64,000 bases of DNA, taken from Anthoceros angustus. Taxonomy: Eukaryota; Plantae; Anthocerotophyta. The stretch is from positions 868,001 to 932,000 of the forward strand of contig MU008164.1 in NCBI GenBank assembly GCA_010909165.1. The letters are read 5' to 3'. Shown here in pieces: positions 63,861 to 64,000 of the stretch (within the stretch, counting starts at the first letter, position 1; the number at the start of each line of letters is the position of its first letter). A program made the position numbers and the translations under genes. The notes beneath the pieces are model-generated. The model searched no databases and was not told where the DNA came from. It saw nothing but the letters and a program-made list of their open reading frames with translations.

Positions 63861-64000
63861 GGCAACGACAGGTTCACCAAATCACAACATGTCCTTGAAG
63901 ACCGCAAGAGAAGATCACTCCTTGTAAGCAGGAGTGGTGAGGACTCTCATCAAGTCAGCGCAGGGATCAAGAAAACTTTCCTCTTGTCTACTAGAAGGAG

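Overview
Gene-dense, moderately GC-rich plant nuclear DNA with short GT-AG introns. The PLS-PPR abundance and compactness suggest a hornwort or other early-diverging land plant (inference). No prokaryotic features, CRISPR arrays, rRNA or tRNA genes were found. Recognisable spliced genes: LSM5, ARF1, TIC236/EMB2410 (TamB homologue), two class I GH19 chitinases (the second lacks exon 3), two PLS-class PPR genes plus a PPR pseudogene, RPT4, RPSA, MRC/PII1 (one frameshift), a GT47 exostosin-family glycosyltransferase, a GRF/CCHC zinc-finger protein and a probable P450 remnant. Mobile DNA: a decayed LTR retroelement combining Copia and Gypsy/Tat parts, an hAT-type MITE (3 copies, 8-bp TSDs, one empty site), a PIF/Harbinger element with an internally inverted Myb/trihelix ORF, a CRE-clade-like LINE remnant and a stray NOL10 gene fragment. 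Several local duplications (about 23.2-26.6, 29-33 and 34.2-38 kb) have homopolymer indels or microhomology-joined mosaics and may be assembly or polishing artefacts. I found no convincing wholly new biological system. The best leads are the TE chimeras and the PPR/chitinase rearrangements. Boundaries for degenerate features are approximate; protein identifications are by recalled motif similarity, not database search.
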